DNA of 64,000 nt from Octopus sinensis (taxonomy: Eukaryota): positions 66,216,001 to 66,280,000 of the forward strand of contig NC_042997.1 in NCBI RefSeq assembly GCF_006345805.1. Direction: 5' to 3'. The notes under the pieces were generated by a model. The model had not been told where the DNA came from, did no database searches, and saw only the letters and a list, made by a program, of their open reading frames with translations. The translations under genes were made by a program, and so were the position numbers. Positions 24,452-37,744 of this stretch are shown here, in pieces (within the stretch, counting starts at the first letter, position 1; each line of letters begins with the position of its first letter).

Positions 24452-26625
24452 GGTTAGAGTGTTGCACTCACAATCTAGCGACCATGATTTCAATTTCTAG
24501 ACCTGGTGGTGCATTGTGTTCTTGGGCAAAACACTTCATCTCATGCTTCTCTACGATCACTTTGACACTTAGGGCGTTGCACACAGTGCACCTGTTCACA
24601 CAACATTGATTTGCTGCAGAGAATGAGTTATTGTGCAGCACAAACATTTGATCACTATAAACAAATCATTTGTGCAGGACACTTGGCAAAAGTTGGATGC
24701 TCATACATTGTCTTCTCCAGTACAGTCCATTATCAAGGTTGCAAGCTGGCAGAATTATTAGAACACCTGGAGAAATGCTTAGCAGTATTTCATGTCTTCA
24801 TGTTCTAAATTCAATTCCGCCAAGATCAACCTTGCCTTTCATACTTTTGGGGTCAATAAAGTATCAGTGAAACGCTGGGATTGATGTAATTGATTAGTTC
24901 CCTCTCACCAAATTTCAGGCCTCATGCCTTTAGTAGAAAGGATTACTATTATTACCATTATTGAGTGAGAGAGCAGGACACACCATCAAAGAGACACTGG
25001 GTACAAATACACCCATCATGACTACTCATCTGACAAGGGTACACATCACAAGGGTACGCATCACAACCATATGTGTGTGACATGGTGACCTCGTATCAAG
25101 ATAAACAGATGGGACCCAGTTAGTATTTTCTTGAAGTTGAATAGTAGATCCCACACAAAAGGTCCCTGAATAAGGGTTGTTTAAGGACAATGAATGAAAC
25201 ATCCATGTTTTCAGAGGTGAATTATTCAAACTCCAAAGGTTTCCTCTCAATACATGCCTATGATGCTTCCCCACTACTCCTGCTCATGATCAAAGATGCA
25301 CATATCGTCAGCAACTAAGGGACATGCTCGACTGCTTAAGGTCAAACAACTGACAAACAAATTTGTGGTACTGAGCAGAATATTTGCTGTAGCCCATCTT
25401 TTATACCAAAACAAAACATGTACATGATAATATTTCCAATCAGTTAAGACCAGAAGCCATGAAAGCCACTGCCTGTTATTGCATCATACAAAAGATGAGA
25501 AGAGAACATTTGTAAACACCATTTGGTGAAAGGTGAGGCTGAGCCATAAAAGGATCAGAACCAGTGGTATAGATCACAAGTATACTTAATCAGGGCTTAC
25601 ACAGAAATTAGCAATGACAACAGCCCACTTTCATTCACCAGGCTGGAATCAGACTGAAGCTATTATAGAAGATACTCACCCAAAAATTTCAGTGGGACTG
25701 AAACTTGGACCTCATGTACTTCTTAGCCATTTCGCCATGCTCATTCCCACAATGGGTTCTGATTTAGGTACAAGGCCATTAATTTTGTGGAGAGGGATTT
25801 AGTCAATACCACTGACCCTGACACGGGACTGGTACTACATTTTATCAACCCCAAAAGTATGAAAAGCAAAGATGATCTTGGCTGAATTTGATCCTAGAAT
25901 ATATAGAGCCAAATGAAATGCTACATGGTATTTTTTCTGATGTGCTAATAAGTCTGCAAGCCTGCCTTTCCACCCACATGCTTGTACTCATAATGAACAT
26001 TATATAGAATAAATAATATGATAAAAACTTTGAAGATAATAAATGTTGTTTTGTTGTTATACAACATAGTAAACGATTAAACTATATATGCGCTGTGAAA
26101 TAAACACATGTTCTTAATGATTCTCACAAAATTGTTCTGAAGAATATACACATAAAATTAAATTCAAATGATTCATTTAGAATAGTGTGGAATTACAAGA
26201 TTTAAAGTAGAAGAAGCATTTCACCTATGCTAACATCAATGAAAATAAAATGTAAAATATTGATTTCTTACAAATGCACAAATCACAAAAATCAATATGA
26301 CCAGTGTTTATCTCCAGTTTCCATGGGGTTAAACAAATGAGGCAAAATTCTCCCCCACTGTATAAGATTGATGTTGGCCTAACCATAGGGAGTTTTCCAT
26401 CCACAGAAGTCACACCCTACACTGCATGCAGCTAACATGTCACTTTTCAGTTCTACAATACTGTCACTGCCTTATAGCAATGAACTATATCGTCCCAAGG
26501 TATCTACTTAAATGTAGGTACACTCAGCCATCCATAACTAAGTTTTTGTGCTATGGACATAGCAAGATACCAGTCACATGACAGAAAATGCTGGTTTCTC
26601 TAGGCTAACTAGCTGTACAGTAGTA

Positions 26626-27445
26626 CAGAGGGTTCAGGCTAAATTTGACAATTTTTCTCTCCTTTTTTCAGGTACAGATTGGTGAACAATCAAAGGCATT
26701 GGGGAGCATAAAGATTAAAGTTGTAGTTCAGTAAAAGTTAGCTGACACTGAGGACTGGAAGCTATCTAAATATGAGTAAAGAGTTAGCTGTATCATGACG
26801 ATTTGCACCAGGTATCAAAATGCTGGCATCGTAACTGCTTCTCAATAAAGGCAGTAAGATGCAACATGAACAACTGTGATGGGTTTTGGGTGTGTCTCAA
26901 GTGAGGGTGATGTCATGCCACTCCACATCTTTAAATAGAGCTTTAGATTCAATTCAAATGGCTATGTAAAGCTAGAAGATAGTGGTCAAGCCCTGGCAGG
27001 AGATGGTTGCTGCTGGAAGGCAATATGCATGGCAGCAGGATTTAGCTCCTTGCAATACCTCCAGAAAGAGTCAGAAGTGGTTGTCAGAGAATTTCCATGA
27101 CTTCACCAATGCCGATTTCTGACTTCCTAATTCACTCAGTTGTAATCTCTAGCCCTAATTTCTCCAACTGTAATCCCCTGCAACACCAAGCAGAGCTGGT
27201 GGCCAAAATCAAGGTATTCAAAGCTCTTCCCAAAGACACAATGAGTTCATGCACCAGGTTCCAGAGCCATCTTCAAACCATAGTGGAAGCTGAGGGCAGC
27301 TACTTTGAGTAAACAGTTACCTCCCAGCCATAATCTAGCTGATATATTTTTGATTTTTTTTCTTTTAAGTACTTTTATTTTTGGCTGACCTATTGTGTTT
27401 TATTTTCCTTTTATGCAAACTGTCAAATTTATCCTGAACACCCAG
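26626..27445 (+). mobile_element. Tc1/mariner maT (DD37D)-type internal-deletion derivative
   Basis: TIRs cagagggttcaggctaaatttgaca / tgtcaaatttatcctgaacacccag with TA flanks; coding relic VMGFG..SSEGDVMP..., WQQDLAP, AELVAKIK...RFQSHLQTIVEAEGSYFE*. Confidence 0.85.
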
Positions 27446-27949
27446 TACATTACTGAACGCTTTCATATTATCAAAAGGAAGAAATGATTGTGTCTATGAT
27501 GTTCATGCTTTGCTGAAACGCATTAGCAATGTAACTGAAGTGAAATGGCTTTCACCTCTACTTTATAATTCAGACAAAAACTGAATCACCATTTAGGTGG
27601 GTATCTACAGAAAAATACCATGGTTTGATGTTCCATAACTTTAAGTGCAGCTTAACAGACATTATCTCTGCCCCAGATATGCAAAGAAGTATTACAAATC
27701 TTCTTCAAAGATTCTCAAAATCCACCCAACTGCAATAACAACAAAAATATTACAGTTAAAATATATTCAATAATAGCAATTCATCATTTTGGAAAAAAAA
27801 AGTCTTTTTAAACCATGAATGGGAAAATATGAATAAAAATAACGATATAGCAACTCAAAAAATTACAAAGCTCACGAAAATATTGCTAAATTTCAATAAA
27901 GATTACTTCAATAAAATTTATGCATTTAAATAACCAACCAGAATATGTG

Positions 27950-28287
27950 TACATGTGTGTATATGTAACTATACATGTGAAGAGAGATATGTGAGTGTGT
28001 GTGTATGTGTTTGTCTGCATGTGTAAATATATATATTCAAATTCATATATGTACGTTTAAATACATATGTACGTAAATGTATTTAATATACATGTATATA
28101 CACATATGTGTATGTGTATATTTTTATATATCTATGTATGTATAAATATATATGTAATATACATGCATACATGTAAATATATGTATATGTATGTTTTAAT
28201 GTATGCATGTATGTGTGTATGTATATATATATATATATATATATAAACATACATGCAAATGGATAGATATGTATGTACACACATATA

Positions 28288-28329
<42 letters not shown>

Positions 28330-28393
28330 ACTGTTCCATGATGGTAAGATGAACAAATATACATGTGTGTGTGTATGTATATATATATATATA
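27950..28393. repeat. Compound (TA)/(TG)/(CATA) microsatellite
   Basis: Low-complexity tract and site of the mariner insertion. Confidence 0.9.
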
Positions 28394-28829
28394 TTGGGTT
28401 GGCCAAAAAGTCCGTTTGTTTTTTGTCAACGCTTATAACTCAAGCACTCTAATAAGTAGCTAACTACAGTCTGTTCTTTGCATAGGTGCAGTCATTAGAT
28501 ACTTAACATAGTTCAACTTGAACTTACAATGACAGGTTGTATTATGTGTGCTTGGGATCACCTTGAAACCGGGGGAACCAAAACAAACACTATCAACACC
28601 TCATGCTTTTTTATATTTAAAAAAGAATAATTAAGAAAGCAGCACAAATCTACAAGAATATATGTACTGTGTATGGAGAGTATGTTGCTTCAGAAGTTGT
28701 ATACCTCAAATGGTTTCCAATCTCTCGATTTGGAAATTTTCCAACTCAAGAGACATCCTGCTCTTGCTGGCCAACTGAGATTAACAGCAACAAAACGAAG
28801 GAGTTAACTGACACCAAACCCCTGATATA

Positions 28830-29627
28830 CAAAGAGGTATCAAAAGGTTTCTGGACTAGTTATGTTTGATAAAAAAATAACCTATTTACCTAAGTGACAG
28901 GGTGTGTTGTCATCATAAAGATTCCAATTCTTCACACTCCACAGATCCTGATACATGAGGTGGTATCAAAAGGCTTCTGGACTAGTTATGTTTAATAAAA
29001 AATAATTTATTTACCTAAGTTTTAACATCATCTCCTTTGGAGTAGTCACCTTGTGTGAGAAATTCATGAGTGAGGAGAGCTCAGAGACAGGGTGCCATGT
29101 CATCATGAAGAATCCAATTCTTCATGCTCCACAGATCCTGTCGCTTTCATCATATGTCCTCTCTGACATTTCAAACCATTGTAGTAGCATTCTTGATTGA
29201 TGGTCTGGCCATGGGAGATGAATTCTCGATGCACAATACCACATTTCCAGGGGTGGTGCTCACGGCAGGTCTTCCAGATCACTTATTGTTTTCCAGCGAT
29301 GTCCTTCCACTTTTGAAGCACTCATGCTACTTGAAACATTATGTACGACCCGTTGTCTCATCACTATAAGCTTTCCAAAGCAGCTCAATGTCTCTGTAGC
29401 AGACCTCCTAAGTTAGGCCTTTGTTCATGTCCATGACTAAAATTGCGGACAACAACATACATGTGATCACAAAAACACAAATTTCACAAATTGAAGTAAA
29501 CATAGCACTGCCATTCAGCACACTGCCTCATGAAGGTCAGTGCTAGCTCTCACTGTGAAAACAACTTTGTGCTGCCATCTGTGAGTATGCTGCAGAACTA
29601 GTCCGGGAACTTTTTGTTACCACATCA
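28830..29627. mobile_element. Nested mariner deletion derivative(s) at a TA site
   Basis: TIR ggtggtatcaaaaggcttctggactagtt (28959) / aactagtccgggaactttttgttaccac (29597); extra left-end copy at 28830-28953; minus-strand HTH relic FKSGRTSLENN..SGRP; TA at 28828-28829 and 29628-29629. Confidence 0.85.
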
Positions 29628-29731
29628 TACAACCACAATGATCACAAATATTCTCCAAATATCCAAACCTGCATCAACTTGGTTTCACCAGTAGGCTTGA
29701 TGTTTGGGTCTCACATCAATTGAATCAGGTT

Positions 29732-30037
29732 TGTTGTTTGTTCCTTCTCAAGCCAAGCCTGGCTCATAAGGGCCAGTTTCCCGGTTTCCTTGGCGTATAG
29801 GTTCCCCACCTGGATGGGATGCTGGTCCGTTGCAGGTGAGCTGCAAGATGCAGGAGGAAAAGTGAGAGAAAGTTATGGCGAAAGAGTCAGCAGAAATTCG
29901 CCATTACCTTCTGCTGGAGCCGCATGGTGCTTAGGTGTTTCGCTCATAAACACACACACATCGCCCAGTCTGAGATTCGAACCTGTGATCCATCGACCAT
30001 AAGTCCACTGCTCTAACGACTAGGCCATGTGCCTCCA
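29732..30037 (-). mobile_element. Full-length tRNA-derived SINE with 15-bp TSD
   Basis: TSD caattgaatcaggtt at 29717-29731 and 30038-30052; minus-strand head tggaggcacatggcctagtcgttagagc, B box ggttcgaatc, tail gagaaggaacaaacaaca. Confidence 0.9.
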
Positions 30038-31283
30038 CAATTGAATCAGGTTGACCTCACTCAATGGATTTCCATCAGAAATTTGCTGTAAGTGTGAAGA
30101 ATAAACAATCTTTTTTTGAAGAGAATGGTAATGGGAACAAAAAATGGAATGTGAAATGTAAATAATCATGGAGTACCAGTGGCAAAGCACCTTTCCACAG
30201 ACAGGACTGCCAATTTAGATGCATACTGTGACCAGCTGGGTAAATTAAACACAGCAATCCAAAAGAAGTGTACGAGAATTGCTAATCATAAGAGAGTATT
30301 GTTTTTCATTATGATAATGCCAGATCACACACTTCTTTGTACATGTGGAAGAATTCTGTTGTTCCCTCCATATTCACCCAACTTTGCTTTCTCACATATC
30401 TACCTGTTTCTGTCCCTTCAAAATTCGTTGAATGGGCAAACCTTCAGCTCTCAGAGGATGTTAAAATTCACCTGGATTGCTTTTCCACCATTAAAGACAG
30501 CAAATTCTTTGAACAGGAAATAATGGATCTGTTCAAAAGGAGGTAGAAAATACTGGAACAAAATAGTAATTATAACACCGTGCTTAAAATTTGTGTTGTA
30601 TTTTCGCTTAAAAAAATTCAAACCAATTTTTCAGCAAATCCAATATAATATATGTTGTACACACACATATATACATGTATATATATTTTTTGACATAGTT
30701 CCATTGTGTGATACTTCAGGCAAATGTTTTCTACACTAACCTTGAAGACCAACGTGAGTGAATGTGCTAGACAGCAATAAAAGAAAGCCAGTGTGTGTAT
30801 GTGTGTGTGTTTCTCTCTCTATTTACCTGTCATGACATCACATGACAATTGTACACAAGTGGTGCCATCATGCAAGCAGTATCATTCAATTCCAGTCTTC
30901 CATTAAAACACATCAGGCCAAGGAGATATTACCTTCTTAGGAAGCAAATGAGTGATGGTGACAGCAACAAAATCCAGCTGAACAAAATCTGCCTTAACAA
31001 ATTCCATCTAACTCATGCAGATATGGAACAGTGGACATCAAAACAATGATGATTATATATACATACACACACGCATGCACACACACACACACATATATAC
31101 ATGCGCAATATATTTAGATCCAAGCATGCCTGTGTGGTTGAACAGTTCCCTTTCCAGTGTCTTCTATGTTAAACCCAGGCCATCCAGAGACTTGTAAGTA
31201 AATTTGATAGATAGAAACTGAAAGAAGCCTGTTGTGTAAATATGTATGTGTGCACATGTATGTATGTATGTATATATATATAT

Positions 31284-31327
<44 letters not shown>

Positions 31328-31379
31328 TGGCTGTCTACTCCTTATGTGGTTGTCCACCTCCTGTATCTAGACCTTAGAA

Positions 31380-32724
31380 CCATCATGGCATCTGATGGCT
31401 TTTTAAACCAGACAATGTTCTGAAAAGACAATCACATAGATTGCATATCCAATTAGACTACCAAGAGCTGCAGATAAGTTGATCTTTGTGGATCTTAAAA
31501 CGTCTTTTGAGGCATTCATTAGATTAGCAAACCTTCTGGTATACATTGCATTCAAAGGTGTGCACAGACTTATAGGCAGAATAGTTGGTGGAGGTTTGCA
31601 AATGAGAATTGAGCCCAGCGAAAGAAAGGTATGGTCTATCACAAACTGTGCACACAAAAAGGTCATTGTGATTCACATTCTTCCTTAAATCTCTTTTGAG
31701 TCTTGCATGCAATTATCCTGGCCCCTTCAAACACTTTTGCTCCACTCCACACTTTTGTTCGCCATCCAGCTCAATCCAAAGCAAAGGTTTCTATGTCCTC
31801 TGGATCCATTCCAAGTAACTTCATAGTAGTCCTTATGCTGTCCTTAAACCTTTTTTTAGGTTTACACTGATAGTGTTTCCCCTCTGCAAGGTCACCATAA
31901 AACAGCTGTTTTGGCATGTGTTCATCTGTCATTCAAACAATATGGCCACACCATCTCATTTGGTTTCTCATAATCATAGCTTAAATTCCACCAAAAATGC
32001 CTTCATGGCATTTTAGAAAATACCATGAAGGCATTTTTGGTGAAATTATTCTAACAATTTAAAATGTCTTTCATAACATATCCATGTTTCACAGGAATAC
32101 AACAGGAATGGTGACACAAATGATTTGTAAAGAGCCAGTTTTGTATTCCTTTTTATATGTCACTAGCATCAAGTACGTGACTCCAAGCCACCAAATGCTT
32201 TTGCTGCCCTTTGAATTCACAGATGTATTTCTGTATCAAGATTTCCATCATTATGTACAGAGCTTCCAATGTAGATAAATGAATCAACAAGCTCAAGTAA
32301 CTTACCCTTAACAATAATTTTAGTGGGTGGTTACAAACAGCACCATATGCAGGTTAATGCATTGCAACTGTTTTTTTCAAGTTGATAGTCAAGCCAAAAT
32401 CATCACAAGCTGAGCCAAATGCAGATAAAGTGACTGCAGACCTGTTTCAGAATAACTGACAAGATTGCAATCTTCTGCGTATAAAAGTTCCCTAATGAGT
32501 GAAGTAAAAACCATCGTTTTGAAGTTCAGTCTGGTCAGATTAAAAACATTCCTTGTTGTTTGATATTTTATGTAAATACCCTCCTCAGAGTTTTGGAAAG
32601 TGTGTGACAACACAACAGCAAAGTATAATGCAAATAGGGTGGGTACATCAATGTCTCCTAGCTTTACTCCATTTTGAATGGCAAAAGATTCAGACAACTG
32701 CTCCAAAGTGGTGCCATCATGCAA
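31380..32724 (-). pseudogene. RTE (BovB-like) LINE: RT domain to C-terminal C2H2-like finger
   Basis: SESFAIQNGVKLG..PTLF...RELLYAED; VDSFIYIGS; LLYSCETW; MRWCGHIV..MPKQLFYGDL; FVCTVCDRPYLSFAGLNSHL; multiple stops. Confidence 0.9.
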
Positions 32725-33441
32725 GCAGTATTATTCAATTCCAGTCTTCCATGAAAACACATCAGGCCAAGGAGATATTACCTTCTAAAGAAGCAAATGA
32801 GTGTTGGTGACAGCAACAACATCCAGCTGAACAAAATCTGCCTTAGCAAATTCCATCTAACTCATGCAGATATTGAAAAGTAAACATTAAAACAATGACG
32901 CTTATATATATATCTATATACACACACACACATATACACAAATAAACACACACACACACGCATATATATATATATATACACATATGCATAATATACATTT
33001 TCATCATAATGCTTATGTATATACACAAAGAATGTGTGTGTGTGTGCGTGCATGCGTGTACACATTTATCAACCCCAGAACAATTTGAACACAGAATGTA
33101 ACAATTCACAGTGAAATACTATGAGCATATTCTTCAACACTTGCTACTGTCAATCCTCCACCAAAACAAAAAAACAATCAATATTATCTTCTCATAGACA
33201 CATTCTTATTTTGTTTCATACAGGCTCTACATTAATTTTGGGTAATATTTAAAATTAGTTTATTTGTCAGAGGAGGTCGTAAGAATGGGACTTAAGCAAG
33301 TAAAACAAAAAAACAGAAAGTGCACTTGAATTACACAAATTAAATTCACATGACATTGGTTTAGATACGAAACCTAAATTCATAAATTAACACATAACTA
33401 CTCTTAAGACGAAAATATTGATTTCTAAGACACGATGTCTT

Positions 33442-33444
<3 letters not shown>

Positions 33445-33489
<45 letters not shown>

Positions 33490-33560
33490 TCACATACGTA
33501 TATGTATATATATATATAGATACATATATATATATATGTACACACATACATATATGTGTG

Positions 33561-33591
<31 letters not shown>

Positions 33592-33618
33592 GTACACACA
33601 TACATATATGTGTGTATG

Positions 33619-33649
<31 letters not shown>

Positions 33650-33672
33650 GTACACACATACATATATGTGTG

Positions 33673-33735
<63 letters not shown>

Positions 33736-34810
33736 CTATCAACCCATGCTAGCATTGAAAACGGACGTTAAACGATGATGATGATGATACTCATATACGT
33801 ATATGTATATATATATATATATATACATACATATATATATATACATACATACATATATATACATACATACATATATATATGCATACATACATCTATGTGT
33901 GTGTGTATGTATATATATATATATAGAGAGAGAGAGAGATATATATATACACATACATACATACATACATGCACATATAGACACAAACTTCCACACACAG
34001 ACACAAACACACTCACGTACACACATACACAAGCACGTGCATACATGCAACAAAACACACACATAACTCAACACATATCTCCACGTTCACACACATATAC
34101 ACACGAACACATACACACATATATACACATACGCACACACATATAGATGCACATGCACACACATAACTAACACTGACAACCCCACACATACACGTATACA
34201 CATCCGCGTACACACACACGCACGCACATATGCACACACAACTACACGCATATACACACACCTACACGTGCAAAAAAATCGCACGTATACCTCCTCACAC
34301 AACCCCTCGTTCACACACACATGCACACAAAATACACACCATACATACACACATGTACACATGCACATACACTCACATGCACACACATACACACACGCAC
34401 ATGCAAATGAACCCACACATACCTCCCATACACATACAACACATGCTCATACACATACACACACAACACACACTCATACAGACACGCACTCAATTATACA
34501 TACATGGACACACACACACACACAGAGTAACTTACAGTTACTCCACAGACACAACTCTACACATACTTCAAACTACCAGTTAAACACCTTTCTACTGACC
34601 ATTCTCCTATGCACATGTGTAGGTAGACACACAACAGACAGCCACTCCTACCAAAATTCTTACTATAAATTCTTCCTACGACCTTAAACGACATTAGTCC
34701 AACCACACACATACATAGACAGCCACAACCACACACAGACACACGCACATACACATGCTGTCATTACACACATACACACACACAGACCTGCATGCACACA
34801 CAAACCCACA
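33445..34810. repeat. Long compound (TA)/(CA)/(CATA) low-complexity tract
   Basis: About 1.3 kb; includes units of about 55-60 bp at 33520-33720 and a degenerate CA-rich stretch. Confidence 0.9.
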
Positions 34811-35070
34811 CGTACAAACACATACCTCCTCTTGCACTTTCTTGTCTTAGAAAGAACATTTTCTTCACCCATTCCCTTCCGGCCATTTCAATATGTGACC
34901 GCAAGTGTATTGTTGGCGATTTTCTTTCTCCGTCTTCCCTTGTTTGGACTTTTACTATATTTCTGATGAAGAGATCTGCTCGAAATGTGAAATCCTCCTC
35001 CTTTTCTTTCCATTCCTGAGCGTCCAATAACAGTACTTGTTCGACGTCCTCGCATTGTTGTTTGGATTGA
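34810..35070 (+). mobile_element. CpG-rich repeat between microsatellites carrying a decayed minimal hammerhead-like motif
   Basis: attt-CTGATGA-a-gag(atctg)ctc-GAAA-tgtg-aaat at 34959-34993; a PLE pseudo-LTR origin is inferred. Confidence 0.5.
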
Positions 35071-37707
35071 CTATATACATACATCTATGTATACATATAT
35101 ATAAATATATGTAAGATGAATTAGTTTGGATAAGAGTGCAACTTTTATCTGATATAATGCAACTCTTGACATGCACAAAATATTTGAAAAGAGCCCCATC
35201 CTATGTAGCCTGGAGGGCACCAAGAATGTTAAAAGAAGAAAACTAGCTCATAAGAGCAGTTCAAGCCACATATGTAATAACTGAGAAAGGTAAGAATTGG
35301 CAAGGTATTTTAGTGTACATTCCACTTCTAATTAATAACAGCTTTTTAATGTGATATCATAAGCATTCAAAATTGGATATCTTTGGAAACATCTTTATGC
35401 TTATAAGAACTGGTTCTTATTACAGAATCTTTTGATGAGCTGCCACTTTATTTGGTAAATTGAGGAACTAAGAGTAAACAAAGTTGTTAAGTACAGGGAC
35501 CCAGCAGATAAGACACAATGAGAAAGATGGCAGAAGAATTTCATGTTTAGATGGAGGTGGTTTACAATCAGAGAGTTCAAAATGTCGATGTTGTTAAAGA
35601 AAAGACAGACATTCAGTCAAAAACTTATTCAAAAAAAGAAAAAGATAGCAGATACTTCAAAGTTGAGAAAAAGTAGAATTTTAATAAAATGTTGGCTTAT
35701 TTAGTTCCACATTTGATGTGATTTTTTTCTTTCTTTCTGTACATTCCATATCACTATGAAAAATATCTGAGATAGAATCAAAAGTGATATGATGAAAAAG
35801 GAAAGTCGAAGCAGCCATTATTGATTAATAGTTTCTCTATGAAGTTTACAATGCCAAAAATTGACTGAAAATACCTTAATAATATTATGCTTCTATCTCG
35901 AAAGAAATTAGCAGTAGAACTATTCAGTTAACAGTTGTTATTGAGAAGTAGCTGTCTGTTAATGCTTTTAGTTATGTTCTAAAACACTGAGATAAGTAAA
36001 CAGTTCAAAAGTATTTCCTCATTTTTAACTATCATCATTAACTTAATGTTTCTTTATAGGCATATGCCAGAGGAATCTATTACATAGCTTCTCTCCATAC
36101 AAATCTTCTATGGCATGGTACATATCTTCTCATATTCTTTTTGCTGCCTTTTATCTCCAAGTATGCATTGTACATTCTGATCAAATGTCCATAACAGTTC
36201 ATGTAATTTTTTTTTATACTTCCTCAGTCTTATTTTCATATTAGTTTAACTTGTCACACAAATTGACATCACACAAATTTTTATAGTGAATTCAGCGGAA
36301 GAAGGGCAGCACCCAAAGGACCTCTGTGACTGGTGAAGAAAGAGAATGTTTAAACTGGAGATTTGGTCTGAATGATCCAACAGAGTAAACTCCGGGTGGT
36401 TGTATTACTACTAGGAGACAGTTTAAATTTACTCCAAACTATAGTCTATCAGAGGGGCTTCTGCACAATTCTACACACAAAGCTTGAGTCACCTAGATAG
36501 ATATAAGACACTTCTCAAAATCTCATGCAGTGGACATGCATGCATTTGCAAAGCAAACTTCTTAGCCATATAACTTTCCCTTCAACTAAATGCAACACTT
36601 TCCTCCATTAAATTTGTTCCCTAGCATTTATAGCACGACCTCATTAACTAGATTTCACTGCTATGCAACTGCATGCCTCCTTAACAATACGTTCATCCAT
36701 CATGCAGAAAAAAAAATTCCATTGCTGCAATCATTATATTATTGAGTTAAAGAAATACATAAAGAGGTTGTATAAGGAAAATTTTAGAATATCTTGTAAA
36801 AAGTTTGAGAAAATTGAGTTATGATCCAAATTTAAATGCAAAACCATTATACTAAATTCCTGAACAAAGACAGCACACATCTCTGCTTGCTTGAACATCA
36901 CAATCCAACAACTGGTTCTACCACCACTACTTTTTAATTAGTGATCTGTAGAAGGAAGAGACACTCAGTTATATAAACAATTGGTCCAGTATTTTGCAAA
37001 CTGTCATGTTTTGTTTTTCAAATAAACATATATGATAATCATCATCATCATCCTTCTCCTTGTTTAACATTTATTTTCCACACTGGCATATGCTGGACAG
37101 TTTGACAGGAGCTGGCCAATCAAGGAGCTATCCAGATTCTACAGCTGTATGCCCTTTCTAACACCAACCACTTTACAGAGTGCGCTGGGTATGTTTTATG
37201 TTCCACAAAGAAAAAACTGGGAAAATGTCTAAAAGTCTTTAACTTTTTAACCCATTAGTCATATCTGGCTCAAATATTTTATCGGTTCCATGTTCAACTG
37301 ATGAAATCTTGCTTGCCTCACACACCTACCCTATAATGTTATTCTAAAACTAAACAATCACATCAAAATCTCAAAACAATATGAATAAGTAAGCAACACA
37401 GTTGACAGAGTAATTTGCATGCTAAAGAGTTAATCTTTTAGCATACATAACATTTATGGTGAAAGATATAAATGTGAGACTTTCTGTGTGATTTGTGGAT
37501 GCACCATTTGATGTCCTTACAGCTGATCTTTACAGTGTTGTTGAATGTTAAAGTTAAACATAATCATTCACAGCCCATCAAGGGAGCCTATATATAGCCA
37601 GTTGACCTGCTGGTAATGGTAGACAAATCTCGCTCGATCACACCATTTTATCTAAAATCACACTCACATTTATGTTATGTGTGTGTGTATGAGAGAGAGA
37701 GAGAGAG

Positions 37708-37744
<37 letters not shown>

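Larger units (their letters stand above)
28394..30643 (+). mobile_element. Full-length decayed mariner transposon interrupted by nested insertions
   Basis: TIRs ttgggttggccaaaaagtccgtttg / caaaccaatttttcagcaaatccaa with TA flanks. Transposase pieces: ICTVYGEYVASEVVYLKWF..RFGNF (28660-28820); LHQLGFTSRLDVWVSHQLNQV (about 29670-29731); FLKRMV, YCDQLGKL, PPYSPNFA, LFLSLQNSLNG (30100-30560). Confidence 0.9.

Noticed and set aside
26225-26413. Cys-rich ORF (FCLIC...FCDLCIC) suggesting a zinc finger
   Set aside because: The spacing fits no finger class I recognise, and the DNA resembles a SINE tail (gaaactggagataaacactgg, compare about 18460)
29960-30037. tRNA-like sequences with A/B boxes (also at about 9040-9111 and 49481-49560)
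   Set aside because: These are SINE heads, with no complete cloverleaf, followed by SINE bodies and TSDs
33387-34687. Many overlapping YI/HT/CV-rich ORFs (likewise 47305-47794 and 60686-61209)
   Set aside because: Stop-free frames through TA/CA repeats, not genes
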